From the NCBI GenBank assembly GCA_963829525.1, contig CAWHIJ010000003.1, positions 2,496,001-2,560,000 on the forward strand: DNA of 64,000 nt. Reading direction: 5' to 3'. The notes beneath the pieces were generated by a model that was not told where the DNA came from, made no database searches, and saw only the letters and a list, made by a program, of their open reading frames with translations. Within the stretch, counting starts at the first letter, position 1. Every line of letters begins with the position of its first letter. Made by a program: the position numbers and the translations under genes. Of the stretch, positions 50,722 through 61,547 are shown one piece after another. The DNA comes from an uncultured Actinomycetota bacterium. GTDB lineage: Bacteria; Actinomycetota; Actinomycetes; JAHEKZ01.

Positions 50722-52113
50722 CTATACGTCGATGCTGGCCAAGAGCTCGTCGAGCGCGTCGTGTAGGCATTGGCCAAGTACGTCGAGGTCGGGCATCGCG
50801 TCGCGGTCTCCGAACAACCCGAAGAAAACTTGACCGTCGTAGGAGGTCACGCCAATGCTGAGCGCCTGCCCCTTTGACAATGGAGATACGGGGTAGGCCT
50901 CGAGCAGGCGAGCCCCGGCCAGGTAGCGAGGCTGCTGAGGGCCGGGAGCATTGGTGACGAGAAGGTTGAACATCCGGTGTGAGAGTCCGGCCGCCATTCG
51001 TGCACCCGCAGCGTGCAACGTGGGCGGCGCAAACCCAGCAAGCCCGGCCAGTCGCTGGGCACTCACGGCTCGCCGGTCCTCCAGGCCGGCACGCATGGCG
51101 TAGGCAACCTGGTGAAGTCGCACGACCGGTGACGGCTCGCCGACGGGCATCTCGATCAGAACGGTGGCCAACGACGTTTCTTCACCGTGCTCGTTGATGC
51201 TGACAGGAACGAGTGCTCGAACCGTCGACCTTCCAGTCACCGGCTCGCCGCGCATCTGCAACCAAGCACGGAGTCCGCCGGTCACCGTGGCGAGCACGAC
51301 GTCATGGATGTTCGTGTCGTAGTGCTGACGGAGGCTACGGAAGTCCTCCAGGGGCGCTGCTGTGGTGGCAAAGCGACGCGCTTGGCCGATGTCGACGTTC
51401 AGGGGTGAGCTGGGCGCGGTGCGGGCGACCGTCCTGGCCATCCGTAGCGCGCCACCAGCCGCTGCACCCAGCCGGCCCACCGTCCGACTGAGATCGGCAA
51501 TTTCGTGTCGTACGGTGTCGACGAGGACACTTGGGCCTCCTACTACGTCAACAACCGCATCGGTGACCAGCCGCGCGGTGGAGGGTCCACGGCGCGGAAG
51601 CCAGGCGCTGCTGAGTCCCTGGTCGAGATCGGAGTCGTCTGGGCCGTCGTCGAACAGGACCTCCCCGATCTCGATCGCACCGACTCCGTCGACGAGGGCC
51701 TGATGTGTCTTTGTCACGAGGGCGATCCGACCGTCGGCCAATCCCTCGACGAGGTACATCTCCCACAAGGGCCGGCTGCGGTCAAGCGGACGGGAGAGGA
51801 CCCGAGCCACGAGCTCGTGAAGCTGATCGTCGTTTCCTGGACGCGGCAACGCCGTGCGACGTACGTGGTAGCCAAGGTCAAAGGCTTCGTCGTCGATCCA
51901 GACAGGTGCTGCGATCCCGCCTGGGACCTGTCTGACCCGCTGGCGATAGCGCGGAACGAGGTCGAGACGGGATGCCACGAGCTCGGCCAGTTGCGACGTG
52001 TCGAATGGACCTTCTGGGGGTGCGAATACCGCCAAACCGCCGAGGTGCATGGGCGTCGCAGTCTCCTCGAGATAGAGGAAGGACGCATCAAGCGGCGTCA
52101 GGCGGTCGATCAC
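50722..52113 (-). CDS. Wax ester/triacylglycerol synthase O-acyltransferase
   Basis: LDASFLYLE..TPMH; PLDRSRPLWE; HQALVDG; TNAPGPQ. Confidence 0.92.
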   Translation of the reverse strand: MIDRLTPLDASFLYLEETATPMHLGGLAVFAPPEGPFDTSQLAELVASRLDLVPRYRQRVRQVPGGIAAPVWIDDEAFDLGYHVRRTALPRPGNDDQLHELVARVLSRPLDRSRPLWEMYLVEGLADGRIALVTKTHQALVDGVGAIEIGEVLFDDGPDDSDLDQGLSSAWLPRRGPSTARLVTDAVVDVVGGPSVLVDTVRHEIADLSRTVGRLGAAAGGALRMARTVARTAPSSPLNVDIGQARRFATTAAPLEDFRSLRQHYDTNIHDVVLATVTGGLRAWLQMRGEPVTGRSTVRALVPVSINEHGEETSLATVLIEMPVGEPSPVVRLHQVAYAMRAGLEDRRAVSAQRLAGLAGFAPPTLHAAGARMAAGLSHRMFNLLVTNAPGPQQPRYLAGARLLEAYPVSPLSKGQALSIGVTSYDGQVFFGLFGDRDAMPDLDVLGQCLHDALDELLASIDV

Positions 52114-52158
52114 TGACCGATCGTCTCACGACGCAAGCCGACTGCATTTGGCTGCCCG

Positions 52159-52809
52159 TTACCCGGCGAGGGAACGACCGAACAAGGCCTCGAGCTCTGC
52201 GGCGGTCTGCTCGTACTCCTGGTGCCACACTGCGACCAGTCCCAAGGCAGCCGCCGCTCGGATGTTGGCCTGGTGATCATCGACGAAGACGCAGGAGCCG
52301 GAGGGGAGGCCCAACTCAGCGAGGGTGTACTCAAAGATCGCTGGCTCGGGTTTGCGCATGCCGACCTCGCCAGAGATGACGACGACGTCGAACATGTCCT
52401 GCCATCCGTCTCTCAAGTACTGGTCGCCCCACGAGTTCGACAGCAGCGCGGTTCGGATTCCGGAAGCCTTTGCCCGGTGTACAAGGCCGGTCATGTCCGC
52501 AGCGTGCGCGAAACGGCTGAACATCCGCCCGACCAAGCCCTCGGCCAGGGGCGGAGTGCCGTCACGTCGGGTCAGGCGCCGCGCCAGCTCAGCCTCGAAG
52601 TCCGGCACCTCCAACTCGCCGCGTTCGAGGGCATGAACCGGGTTGAACCGCGCTTCAAAACCCCCGAAGTCACCGAACCACTCGGACATGGCGTCCTGGA
52701 AGTGTCCGTAGTCGATCTCGTCGAGGTCAGACCACGCCCGCATCGCTGTGTCGATGCCGTCGGTGAGGACCCCGTAGAAGTCGACGATTAGACCGCGCAA
52801 CTCGTCCAC
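52159..52809 (-). CDS. HAD-superfamily phosphatase
   Basis: DFYGVLT, LSNSW, KPEP, FVDD. Confidence 0.9.
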   Translation of the reverse strand: MDELRGLIVDFYGVLTDGIDTAMRAWSDLDEIDYGHFQDAMSEWFGDFGGFEARFNPVHALERGELEVPDFEAELARRLTRRDGTPPLAEGLVGRMFSRFAHAADMTGLVHRAKASGIRTALLSNSWGDQYLRDGWQDMFDVVVISGEVGMRKPEPAIFEYTLAELGLPSGSCVFVDDHQANIRAAAALGLVAVWHQEYEQTAAELEALFGRSLAG

Positions 52810-54055
52810 GGGACTGATAGTACGAACCCTCGGTGCTCAAGACCTGAGCTGCCAGGTTGTCGACACCTGCAGCGAATGGCGAGCGCGGGCTGTGCTCGAA
52901 AACCGCCACTCCTCGTGCAACGGCTCCCGCCACCCCTCCAACATCCTCGGGCAGCTCAACGGCGACCGAGAAGACCGACTCCTCGGCCATCACCTCCCGC
53001 ACGCGACGGGCTTGGGCTGAGGATCTGAGCTGGTTCAGCGCGACCAGCTGGTGTGCCGTGGGGGCCAGGTCTCGCACCTCCGGTAGACCCCGGAGGAACC
53101 GAGTCAGCCCGATCGGGTCCGGCCGACCGACACAGACGAGCACGTCAGCGGTGGCCAGGGTCGCTCGCGAAGCGCCGTAGCGGACCGGAGCACCTGGGTC
53201 TGCCCAGTCGAGATCGCTCCCTTCGACCCCGAAGCCGACGTCAACAACTGTCCATGCCACGGTGCCACGTGCACATTGCAGCAATGCATCGACCGACGCC
53301 GGACGCAGCTCTGTCCACCTATCGGCGGCTGGCAGCCCGACCAGCACTCGTGGACCTCCAGGCACTGAGACGGCCAACCCGGACAGACCCACCGGGTCGA
53401 GCCGACCCCGTGCGGCGTTCCGCACCGCAGCTGAGAACCCAGACGTGTCGTCGATCAGTCCCAACTGTTGGGCCACAGAAGGTCCGACCGTGTCCGCGTC
53501 GATCAGCAACACATCCTGACGATGTCGAGTGAGTGCAGCAGCCAGTTCAATCGCGACAGTTGTTCGCCCCGGAGCGCCGGCTGGTCCCCATACCGCCACT
53601 ATGCGCCCAGATGGAGCACAAAGGTCAGACGGAGCGACCACAGGAGTCGTCACACCAATGCCCTCGCCACGCAATGCTGCATCTAGCCCGGTCAGGCCCC
53701 GGTCGATGACAGCCGAGGCACCCATCGCACGCAGCGCGTCATCGCCTTGGTCGGCGACGACAATGCACCGGACACCGGTCGCGGCCAGTGCTGCTACAAC
53801 ATCGCGGTCAAGCCCCCGAAGTCCACCGTCGACGACGGCGACGTCAATCTGGGAGGTCGCCGCGACGGCACGGAGTTCGACGATGTCCCGGCAACGCCGG
53901 ACGACCGTGGCCGCACCAGGGGAGTCGTTGACCGCATGCACAATCGCTGACTCAGCTGATGCATCAGTCAACGCGGTCGCGACGCGCAGTGCCGCGCTGG
54001 GTGTCGCGCCGGGCGTCTCGCTGGGTGTCGCGCTGGGGGTCGCGCTGGGTGTCAC
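52727..54055 (-). CDS. CpaE/MinD-like ATPase with degenerate receiver domain
   Basis: VWGPAGAPGRTT; LIDAD; VVDVGF. Confidence 0.82.
   Translation of the reverse strand: MTPSATPSATPSETPGATPSAALRVATALTDASAESAIVHAVNDSPGAATVVRRCRDIVELRAVAATSQIDVAVVDGGLRGLDRDVVAALAATGVRCIVVADQGDDALRAMGASAVIDRGLTGLDAALRGEGIGVTTPVVAPSDLCAPSGRIVAVWGPAGAPGRTTVAIELAAALTRHRQDVLLIDADTVGPSVAQQLGLIDDTSGFSAAVRNAARGRLDPVGLSGLAVSVPGGPRVLVGLPAADRWTELRPASVDALLQCARGTVAWTVVDVGFGVEGSDLDWADPGAPVRYGASRATLATADVLVCVGRPDPIGLTRFLRGLPEVRDLAPTAHQLVALNQLRSSAQARRVREVMAEESVFSVAVELPEDVGGVAGAVARGVAVFEHSPRSPFAAGVDNLAAQVLSTEGSYYQSRGRVARSNRRLLRGPHRRHRHSDAGVV
53996..54055 (-). repeat. 12-bp tandem repeat encoding TPSA-like units
   Basis: gctgggtgtcgc-type unit x5 at the 5' end of the CpaE-like gene. 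Confidence 0.8.
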
Positions 54056-54732
54056 GAGGACCCCACCGGGACATCGACCAATGTCACCGTTCCGCGAGCC
54101 TGGGCGTCGACGACCGACGCGACCTGGTCCTCTGGCACCGATAACGCCACACCCATCTCCAGGCTCGCGCCGCCGAACGCACCGCCGTTGTCATCGACAT
54201 CAGCAACGGCCGCACCCGCCAGCACCATCCTCGGAGATCCGTCTGGCTCGCCAGCTGAACCCCGCTCGACGACGTACACGTCGACGCGATCGCCGACCTT
54301 GAGGTTCGCTGGCATTTGATTCCGGAGCACCGGGAGCGTGACCACTCGAACCTCACGGGAATCACCGACGCGATCGAGGCCCACCGCGGTCAGCAGCTCC
54401 CCCGAGGCGAAGTCCCGTCCGGCAACCATGCCCTGCGGAACGGGACTTTCAGCCGAGAGGTACGGACCGAGATCTGGCAACTGGACGCTGACCGCGACAA
54501 CGTCACCCGCGGAAACGGGACTTCCAGATGGCAAGTCGTCCTTGACCGACCAGACCGCGATCGTGTCGTCGGACGCGCCGATGACCCAGGCCATTCCGGT
54601 GACCGACGCCACCACGAGGACAACTCCGACGATCAGCCGCGGGTCGCGCCAGCGTCGACGTGCAAGTCGAGATCCCATCGGACTCGGCGGCATGGCCGAC
54701 GCTGCCAATGGCCCCGGTGATGTCATGGTCAT
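54052..54732 (-). CDS. SAF-domain / CpaB-like protein
   Basis: RRWRDPRLIVGVVLV; GDRVDVYV. Confidence 0.78.
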   Translation of the reverse strand: MTMTSPGPLAASAMPPSPMGSRLARRRWRDPRLIVGVVLVVASVTGMAWVIGASDDTIAVWSVKDDLPSGSPVSAGDVVAVSVQLPDLGPYLSAESPVPQGMVAGRDFASGELLTAVGLDRVGDSREVRVVTLPVLRNQMPANLKVGDRVDVYVVERGSAGEPDGSPRMVLAGAAVADVDDNGGAFGGASLEMGVALSVPEDQVASVVDAQARGTVTLVDVPVGSS

Positions 54733-54885
54733 GTCGACTCCCCCACGCTCGGTCGCGACGGCGATGATGCCCGACTTGCGACGTCCGAACCCTGATGTCC
54801 ACAACCCTTCCCCTCCAGCGGAGCAGCCATCAACACAAAGAGCGACCCTTCGTCACCGAACGCAGTGAAGTGACAGACTGGAGGG

Positions 54886-55170
54886 GTGACTCACCGCTTC
54901 CTCACTCTCGCCGATGTCGCAGAGATGCTGAATGTCTCTGCGTCACAGGCATACGCATTGGTGCGGAGCGGGGATCTGCGCGCCATCAAGATCGGTGGCC
55001 GCGGCCAGTGGCGCATTGAGGAGTCCGAACTCGAGCGCTTCATCGCCGAGCGTTACGAGCAGACCGAGCGGTTCATCGCCGAGCATCCGTTCGCGCGCGG
55101 GGATGAGAGCGACGCAGATGCCGACGCTGGCGGCGCCGAACAACGCTCGTCGCCTAGCGTTCGTCGGTGA
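54886..55170 (+). CDS. Excisionase-like HTH DNA-binding protein
   Basis: RFLTLADVAEMLNVS...YALVRSGDLRAIKIGGRGQWRIE. Confidence 0.88.
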   Translation: MTHRFLTLADVAEMLNVSASQAYALVRSGDLRAIKIGGRGQWRIEESELERFIAERYEQTERFIAEHPFARGDESDADADAGGAEQRSSPSVRR

Positions 55171-55699
55171 AGCGATCTCCTACGATCCAACGCACAGCTG
55201 TGCTCGGAATGGTGAGTGAGCCTCCGAGGCCACCATCGAGCCTCAGCGCGAAGGCGTCGGACAGGACCTCGACCACCACGCCCGTCCGACTCGAGCCGTC
55301 GAGCAGCCGCACAGTGACGGCACACCGCATCTGGCCCCAACTGCGCAGCACCGCCCCCATGCGAGGGCGCGCGACCGGATCTGGATTGGCTCGGCGAAGT
55401 CCGGTCACCGTCAACACCTGACCGATCGGGACCAGGACGGCTCTACCGCCGGACTCGAGCAGGCACCAGTTGTCCCCTACCTCTGCAACCGTGCCACGGT
55501 GCCCGATCCCGTCACCGGTGACGATCTCCACGGCGCAACCAATGGAACCCGCGAGCAGGGCGCTCCATGGGGTCGCGGCCCGTTCGACCTGGACGCGTTC
55601 GGTGACGCCGGCGTCGTCGTCTCGGCGTTCGGACTCCACAGCCACCAGCTGGGCATCACTGGGATCACCTCGCTCGGCGCCCCATGGGTGGGAAGTCAT
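55154..55699 (-). CDS. Conserved hypothetical protein (two Sm-like beta units)
   Basis: GTVAEVGDNWCLL and TGVVVEVLSDAF repeats; usual neighbour of the HTH gene. Confidence 0.65.
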   Translation of the reverse strand: MTSHPWGAERGDPSDAQLVAVESERRDDDAGVTERVQVERAATPWSALLAGSIGCAVEIVTGDGIGHRGTVAEVGDNWCLLESGGRAVLVPIGQVLTVTGLRRANPDPVARPRMGAVLRSWGQMRCAVTVRLLDGSSRTGVVVEVLSDAFALRLDGGLGGSLTIPSTAVRWIVGDRFTDER

Positions 55700-55883
55700 C
55701 TGCGAAAGGTAGTCACCGAACGCGTCATATGTGGGGCCAAAGCAGTTATCCACACCCGCGCAGAGCTCTGGCCAAGGGCCCTCCACCGTGCTTTGGTTGG
55801 CACCAGCAAATGAACGTTATCGCAAGCAAACATACGTTAAAGGCATCAAAGACACAAAGGCTCGATGGCCAAGGAGGCTGCTC

Positions 55884-56480
55884 GTGACCATTCCCGCTCC
55901 TCTCACCGCACCTTCGGAAGCCGACCACCAAACCACTCCACGAGCCGACGCCGGCGCGCGCTCGCCAGAGAGCCCGACTCACCGCCTGCGCCTCGTCGCC
56001 CCTCCAGTCTGGGCGGACGCAGCCCCGGCCCAGACCGCACAAATGCCCGGCCAGCAGACCCTTGGCCTGGAGTTTCTGCTGCCCAACGGCCTTCCAGCGG
56101 TCCCCCATGTCCCGGCCGCCATCGAAGAGTCGACGGGAAAGGAAGGGGCCGACGTCTCGCCGTGGGCGGCTCGCCTCGCTCAGGCCGTGCTCGAGGTCGA
56201 GGCTGCTGAGCGACCGGTCATGCAGCTGGGGCAGTGGGTGCTTCCATCGATCTATCGACGCCTCGACAGGCGTCAGAGACTGCGCGCCCGGCAGATAGAC
56301 CCTCGAAGTCCCCGCATTCGGTGCCCCGAGCACGTCCGGTCGGTGCACGTGTGTCAGCTCGCCCCCGACGTCGCCGAGGTGTCGGTCGTCACCGCCGGCG
56401 CCGACCGGTGCCGGGCGCTGGCCCTGCGGCTCGAACGTCGCAAGGGCCGGTGGATGTGCACGGCCCTGGACTGGGCCTGA
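55884..56480 (+). CDS. Rv3235 family protein
   Basis: LAQAVLEV..ERPVMQLGQW; AEVSVV; RALALRLE..GRWMCTAL; next to secA; AAGGAGG RBS. Confidence 0.85.
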   Translation: MTIPAPLTAPSEADHQTTPRADAGARSPESPTHRLRLVAPPVWADAAPAQTAQMPGQQTLGLEFLLPNGLPAVPHVPAAIEESTGKEGADVSPWAARLAQAVLEVEAAERPVMQLGQWVLPSIYRRLDRRQRLRARQIDPRSPRIRCPEHVRSVHVCQLAPDVAEVSVVTAGADRCRALALRLERRKGRWMCTALDWA

Positions 56481-56502
56481 GGAAGTCCCCTCACGTCAGA
56501 AC

Positions 56503-56541
56503 GTCGTTGACCCCCGGGGCCAGGCCCCGGGGGTCAACGAC
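56503..56541. terminator. Perfect 18-bp hairpin between convergent genes
   Basis: gtcgttgacccccggggc-cag-gccccgggggtcaacgac. Confidence 0.8.
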
Positions 56542-56575
56542 TCTGTCCCCGAATCAGTACTTGAGGTGCACCCAA

Positions 56576-57092
56576 TCAGGAGGCAGGCTGCCAAACCGTG
56601 TTGTTCAGCGGGCATCCCAAGTTGTTGTAACCGTCAAGCACGGTCGCGAGCGTCAGCATCTGGTCGCGGTTGCCACTGGCAAGCGCGGCGTTGACATCAG
56701 CCTGAATCGTGCCCGGCTCCCTGAAACGACGTAGTGGGTAGCCCACTCCTTCGTGCGCAGCGTTCAAGAAAGCCGCGGTGGAGGCGCGCATGAGAATCTC
56801 AAAAGCGCCGTTCAAGCCGGGGCCACCTTGGAAGCTCAGCGCGTCGCCGAAGGTGGCCGAGCCGTAGGTGGCCGAGAACTGGCCCAACTGGAAGGCCTTC
56901 CCCGGATCTGACAGCGACTGCAGAGGCGTTTCCGGCCTGTACTCCTGCCAGTTGTTGACGTGGTTCTTCCAGTAGCCGGGCGTACAGCCCTCGTTACTAC
57001 CGATGTTGGTCGCTGATGCCGGCGTGGCCAGCATCATCCCTGCAGCCATCGCGAGTGCAGCACGCGGCCGCGGCGATCTTGGTGAAACGCAT
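56576..57092 (-). CDS. Secreted hypothetical protein with GCTPGYWKNH motif (probable frameshift in signal peptide near 57062)
   Basis: RBS + ATG MRFTKIAAAA in one frame continues as LAMAAGMMLATPASA in another; AAFLNA; NNLGCPL. Confidence 0.7.
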
Positions 57093-57288
57093 TTGTCCCC
57101 CCTCGGGAGCGTGAACGATTGAACGCTGCCCATCTTGATTGCTCTCCGTAATCAGAGCAATGCCCCATCCAGCGTTCGAGCGTCTGCTCATGACGACTGC
57201 ACAGCGGGAAGGAGGACTCATTGGTTCTGCTGGCGACGTTAGGGGGCCTTTGTGCACTGCTGCGAATCGCCAGGAACCATCGTTGACG

Positions 57289-60060
57289 TCAGGAGCGCCC
57301 CGGCGCGCCGTGACACTTCTTGTACTTCTTTCCGGAGCCACAGGGGCAGGGGGCGTTGCGGGGGGTCCCGGAGTACTCACCACCACTGCTCGCATCGGCC
57401 ACGACGGTCGGTCCGCCCCCACCACCATCCAACGTCGGCGCGCTGTACTGAAGCGGTTGCTCGCGGTGCTCCTCGTCCAGGCCCTTTGCGTGGATCTCTG
57501 GTGCCACCGCAAATGGCATAGACGCATCCGGCTGTACTGCAGCCGGTTGCTCGGGGGCTTCCTCGACCTCTACCTCGAGGTTGAAGACGAAACCAACCGA
57601 CTCTTCCTTGATTCCGTCCATCATGGCCGTGAAGAGATCGAAGCCCTCACGCTGGTACTCAACGAGGGGGTCGCGCGCAGCCATCGCACGCAGCCCAATT
57701 CCCTCACGGAGATAGTCCATCTCGTACAGGTGCTCGCGCCACTTGCGGTCTAGGACGGAGAGAACCACGCGACGCTCGAGTTCACGCATGGCGTCATGAC
57801 CGAGCTCCCCTTCCCTCGCCTGGAGTGCTTTGCCGGCGTCATCGCCGAGCTCGCTGATGATGAAGTCAGCTGACAACCCCGCACGATCGCCGCCAGAGGC
57901 TTGTTCCATTTGCTCCACGGTGACGCCGACCGGGTAGAGCGTCTTCAGCGCCGTCCAGAGCTGGTCAAGGTCCCACTCTTCGGGATACCCGTCTGACGTC
58001 GCGGCTTCAACATATTCCTCGACGGTGTCCGAGAGCATGTGCTCGATCTGGTCATGGATGTCTTCACCTTCGAGGACGCGCCTCCGCTCGGCGTAGATGA
58101 CTTGGCGCTGGCGGTTGAGTACGTCGTCGTACTTGAGGACGTTCTTGCGGGTCTCGAAGTTTTGCGCCTCAACCTGGCCCTGGGCGCTCTTGATGGCGTT
58201 GCTGACCATCTTCGCCTCGATGGGAACGTCATCGGGGATGTTGAAACGGGTTAGGAATGCGTCCACGACGTTGCCCTTGAACAGACGCATGAGGTCGTCC
58301 TCGAGCGAGAGGAAGAACCGCGTCTCTCCGGGGTCACCTTGACGCCCTGATCGACCTCGCAGCTGGTTGTCGATACGACGAGACTCATGGCGCTCGGTAC
58401 CGAGGACGTACAGGCCCCCGAGACCGACCACCTCTTCGTGCTCGGCCGCAACCGATTTCTTCGACTTCTCAAGAGCGTCGGGCCACGCTGCCTCGTACGC
58501 CTCGGCATCTTCAGCCGGTGACAGGCCGCGCTGGGCCAACTCTGCTGTTGCCATGAACTCAGGGTTCCCGCCGAGCATGATGTCGGTCCCGCGTCCAGCC
58601 ATGTTCGTGGCGACGGTGACCGCTCCTTTGCGCCCGGCCTGTGCGACGATTTGCGCCTCGCGCTCGTGGTTCTTGGCGTTGAGCACCTCGTGCGGCACCC
58701 CTCGGCGCCGCAGTTGACCCGAAAGTGTCTCGGACTTCTCGACGCTCGTGGTTCCGACCAGGACCGGCTGGCCCTTTTCATGACGCAAGACAAGGTCTTC
58801 GATCACGGCGTTGAACTTGGCGTCCTCGGTGCGATAGACGAGGTCAGGTTCGTCGGCTCGAACCATGGGGCGATTGGTCGGGATCGGCACGACGCCGAGT
58901 TTGTAGATCTGGTGGAACTCGTTCGCTTCAGTCATGGCCGTTCCGGTCATGCCGCCGAGCTTGTCGTACATGCGGAAGTAGTTCTGCAGCGTGATGGTCG
59001 CGAGCGTTTGGTTCTCGGCCTTGACCTCGACGCCCTCTTTGGCCTCGATCGCTTGGTGGAGCCCCTCGTTGTAGCGGCGTCCGGCCAGCATGCGCCCGGT
59101 GTGCTCGTCGACGATGAGAACTTCGCCGTTCATGACGACGTAGTCCTTGTCTTTCTTGAAGAGCTCTTTCGCGCGGATGGCGTTGTTGAGGTAGCCGATG
59201 AGGGGGGTGTTCACCGACTCATACAGGTTGTCGATCCCGAGATAGTCCTCGACCTTCTCAACACCCGCCTCGAGGATTCCGATCGTTCGCTTCTTTTCGT
59301 CGACTTCGTAGTGCTCCTCAGCGCGAAGTCGCTTCACCAGCTGGGCGAAGTCGCCGTACCACTTCGAGCTGGCGTCGGCAGGCCCGCTGATGATCAGCGG
59401 TGTACGCGCCTCGTCGATGAGGATTGAGTCCACCTCGTCGACGATGGCGTAGAAGTGACCGCGCTGGACGAGGTCGCCCTTCGACCACGCCATGTTGTCT
59501 CGCAGGTAGTCGAAACCGAACTCGTTGTTGGTGCCGTAAGTGATGTCGCAGCCATACTGGACGCGCCGCTCAGCCGGTCGCATCTTCGCCAGAATGACGC
59601 CCGTCTCGAGTCCGAGGAACCGGTGCACGCGCCCCATCCACTCCGAGTCGCGCTCGGCGAGGTAGTCGTTGACGGTCACGATGTGCACGCCTTCGCCCGC
59701 AAGTGCGTTGAGGTAGGCCGGCAACGTGGAGACCAGGGTTTTGCCCTCACCGGTCTTCATCTCGGAGATGTTGCCCAGGTGGAGCGCCGCGCCCCCCATG
59801 ATCTGGACGTCGTAGTGGCGCTGCCCCAAGGTGCGCTTAGCAGCCTCGCGCACAGCGGCAAATGCCTCAGGAAGCAGGTCGTCCAGCGTCTCACCGTCGG
59901 CAAGACGACGCTTGAATACGTCGGTCTCCTCGCGCAGCTCAGCGTCAGTGAGGCTAACGAAATCTTCCTCGATGGCGTTGACCTGATCGGAGATGCGGGC
60001 GAGGCGCTTGAGGATCTTGCCTTCGCCAGCGCGCATGAGCTTGTCAAAAAGAGCAGGCAC
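57289..60060 (-). CDS. secA: Preprotein translocase ATPase SecA
   Basis: [53 protein letters not shown]. Confidence 0.99.
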   Translation of the reverse strand: MPALFDKLMRAGEGKILKRLARISDQVNAIEEDFVSLTDAELREETDVFKRRLADGETLDDLLPEAFAAVREAAKRTLGQRHYDVQIMGGAALHLGNISEMKTGEGKTLVSTLPAYLNALAGEGVHIVTVNDYLAERDSEWMGRVHRFLGLETGVILAKMRPAERRVQYGCDITYGTNNEFGFDYLRDNMAWSKGDLVQRGHFYAIVDEVDSILIDEARTPLIISGPADASSKWYGDFAQLVKRLRAEEHYEVDEKKRTIGILEAGVEKVEDYLGIDNLYESVNTPLIGYLNNAIRAKELFKKDKDYVVMNGEVLIVDEHTGRMLAGRRYNEGLHQAIEAKEGVEVKAENQTLATITLQNYFRMYDKLGGMTGTAMTEANEFHQIYKLGVVPIPTNRPMVRADEPDLVYRTEDAKFNAVIEDLVLRHEKGQPVLVGTTSVEKSETLSGQLRRRGVPHEVLNAKNHEREAQIVAQAGRKGAVTVATNMAGRGTDIMLGGNPEFMATAELAQRGLSPAEDAEAYEAAWPDALEKSKKSVAAEHEEVVGLGGLYVLGTERHESRRIDNQLRGRSGRQGDPGETRFFLSLEDDLMRLFKGNVVDAFLTRFNIPDDVPIEAKMVSNAIKSAQGQVEAQNFETRKNVLKYDDVLNRQRQVIYAERRRVLEGEDIHDQIEHMLSDTVEEYVEAATSDGYPEEWDLDQLWTALKTLYPVGVTVEQMEQASGGDRAGLSADFIISELGDDAGKALQAREGELGHDAMRELERRVVLSVLDRKWREHLYEMDYLREGIGLRAMAARDPLVEYQREGFDLFTAMMDGIKEESVGFVFNLEVEVEEAPEQPAAVQPDASMPFAVAPEIHAKGLDEEHREQPLQYSAPTLDGGGGGPTVVADASSGGEYSGTPRNAPCPCGSGKKYKKCHGAPGRS

Positions 60061-60195
60061 GCGTGATCTCCGTGGTCGAGAAGGCAGGCATGGAACCGGC
60101 CCGATGGGACCAGGGGCCTGCAACGACCGCGGTGGCCGTCAAGGCTCATCGTAATCAATTGGTGACCTGGCGCTGCCCTGCGGCAGGCTGGGGTC

Positions 60196-61343
60196 GTGGA
60201 TGACGCCATCGAGCCGGTCGAGCTGCGCGCAGGTGACCTGCTGCTGCGCCCCTTCCGGCCTGGCGACGCCGACGCGGTGTTCGACGCCTGCCAGGACCCC
60301 GAGATCCAACGCTGGACCACTGTTCCGTCGCCCTACCCACGGGAGAGCGCCGAGTGGTTCGTGGCGTCCTGTGCCGACTTCTGGGCAGCCGAGACCCCCA
60401 CATTTGCCTGCGTCGACGCAGGCACCGGACAACTCCTCGGCGCGTTCCACCTTGAGGACTGTGCATCTGACGAGGGGCCAATGGTCGGTTTCTGGGTCGC
60501 ACCGGAAGCCAGGGGCCGCGGGGTGGCCCGGGACGTCACCCGTCGACTGGCCCGATGGGCCTTCGGCGACCTCGGACTCGCCAGGCTGCGCTGGGCGGCC
60601 TATGTCGGCAACACCCCAAGCCGCAGGGTTGCCGAGTCAGCCGGCTTCGTGATCGAGGGGACCGCACGACAAGGTCTGGTGCAGCGGGGCGATCCGGCGC
60701 GACGCCTGGGTCGGGTCGATGCTCCCCGAAGACCTGGCGCTGGCCGAGGCCAGGCCACGACCGCGGCCCAACCGCGTTCCCGACTGGCCGTATGCACCGG
60801 TCGAGCTGCGTACCGACGCGACTACTGCTGCGCGGCTTCCGTGACGAGGACGCCCCGGCGCTTCTGGCGTACGCGAGGGACCCGGAGGTGGTCGCCTGGG
60901 ACCACGAGCACACACCGGACCTCGACGCAGCCGTCGCCCGAGCCCGCAACCGCGCCGACTGGTCGTCTGGTCGGCTAGCTGCGTGGGCCATCGCCGACCT
61001 CGGCGACCACGAGGTGCTCGGTGGCATCGTGCTCTCCGACGTCGACGCGGTGGCCCTGTCCGCCGAGGTCGGCTACGGATTGATGCCCGACGCCCGCGGT
61101 CACCGGTACACCGCCGAGGCACTGCAGCGGGTCACCGAGTGGGCGTTCACCGAGACTGGCCTGCATCGCATCGAGCTGCGCCATGCGATCGGGAACCCTG
61201 CGTCGTGCGCCGTCGCCCGCACCGCAGGTTACGAGATCGAGGGAACGATGCGTCAGTCGTATCGCTTCGGTGACGGTCAGCTGCACGATGAGCACCTGCA
61301 TGCCCGCCTCCGCACCGACCCGGCGCCGCCGGCAAGTCGCTGA
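60196..61343 (+). CDS. Tandem-domain GNAT (RimJ/RimL) acetyltransferase (frameshift near 60690)
   Basis: Two GNAT domains (GFWVAPEARGRG; GYGLMPDARGHR) in different frames; LVQRG continues as RRDAWVGSMLPEDL in the second frame. Confidence 0.8.
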
Positions 61344-61547
61344 GTACTAGCCGACCACCGGCTGACCCCGAGACCGATCGCCAACTGCTTGTCGAGTGCA
61401 CATCAGGTTGACGTCGCTGCTCGTCGAGTGCACCTTTGGGTGACGGATTTGGGCGTTTAGTGTGAAGTGAGGTGGGTCGAGTTTCGGCAGGCTGTGCCTG
61501 GGGAAACTCGATCCGTCTTGTCGGTGGTGGCTGGCAGAGTGTGGTGC

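Noticed and set aside
37259-54732. Split Tad locus with metabolic genes between cpaE-like and cpaF as a novelty
   Set aside because: Similar interrupted arrangements are, to my knowledge, common in actinomycetes.
54886-55170. Prophage or ICE marked by the excisionase-like gene
   Set aside because: This HTH gene is a usual resident of the secA-Rv3235-SAF-CpaE neighbourhood; no integrase or att site nearby.
57093-57288. Riboswitch upstream of the secreted protein gene
   Set aside because: No recognisable aptamer consensus (c-di-AMP, cobalamin, TPP, SAM) seen.
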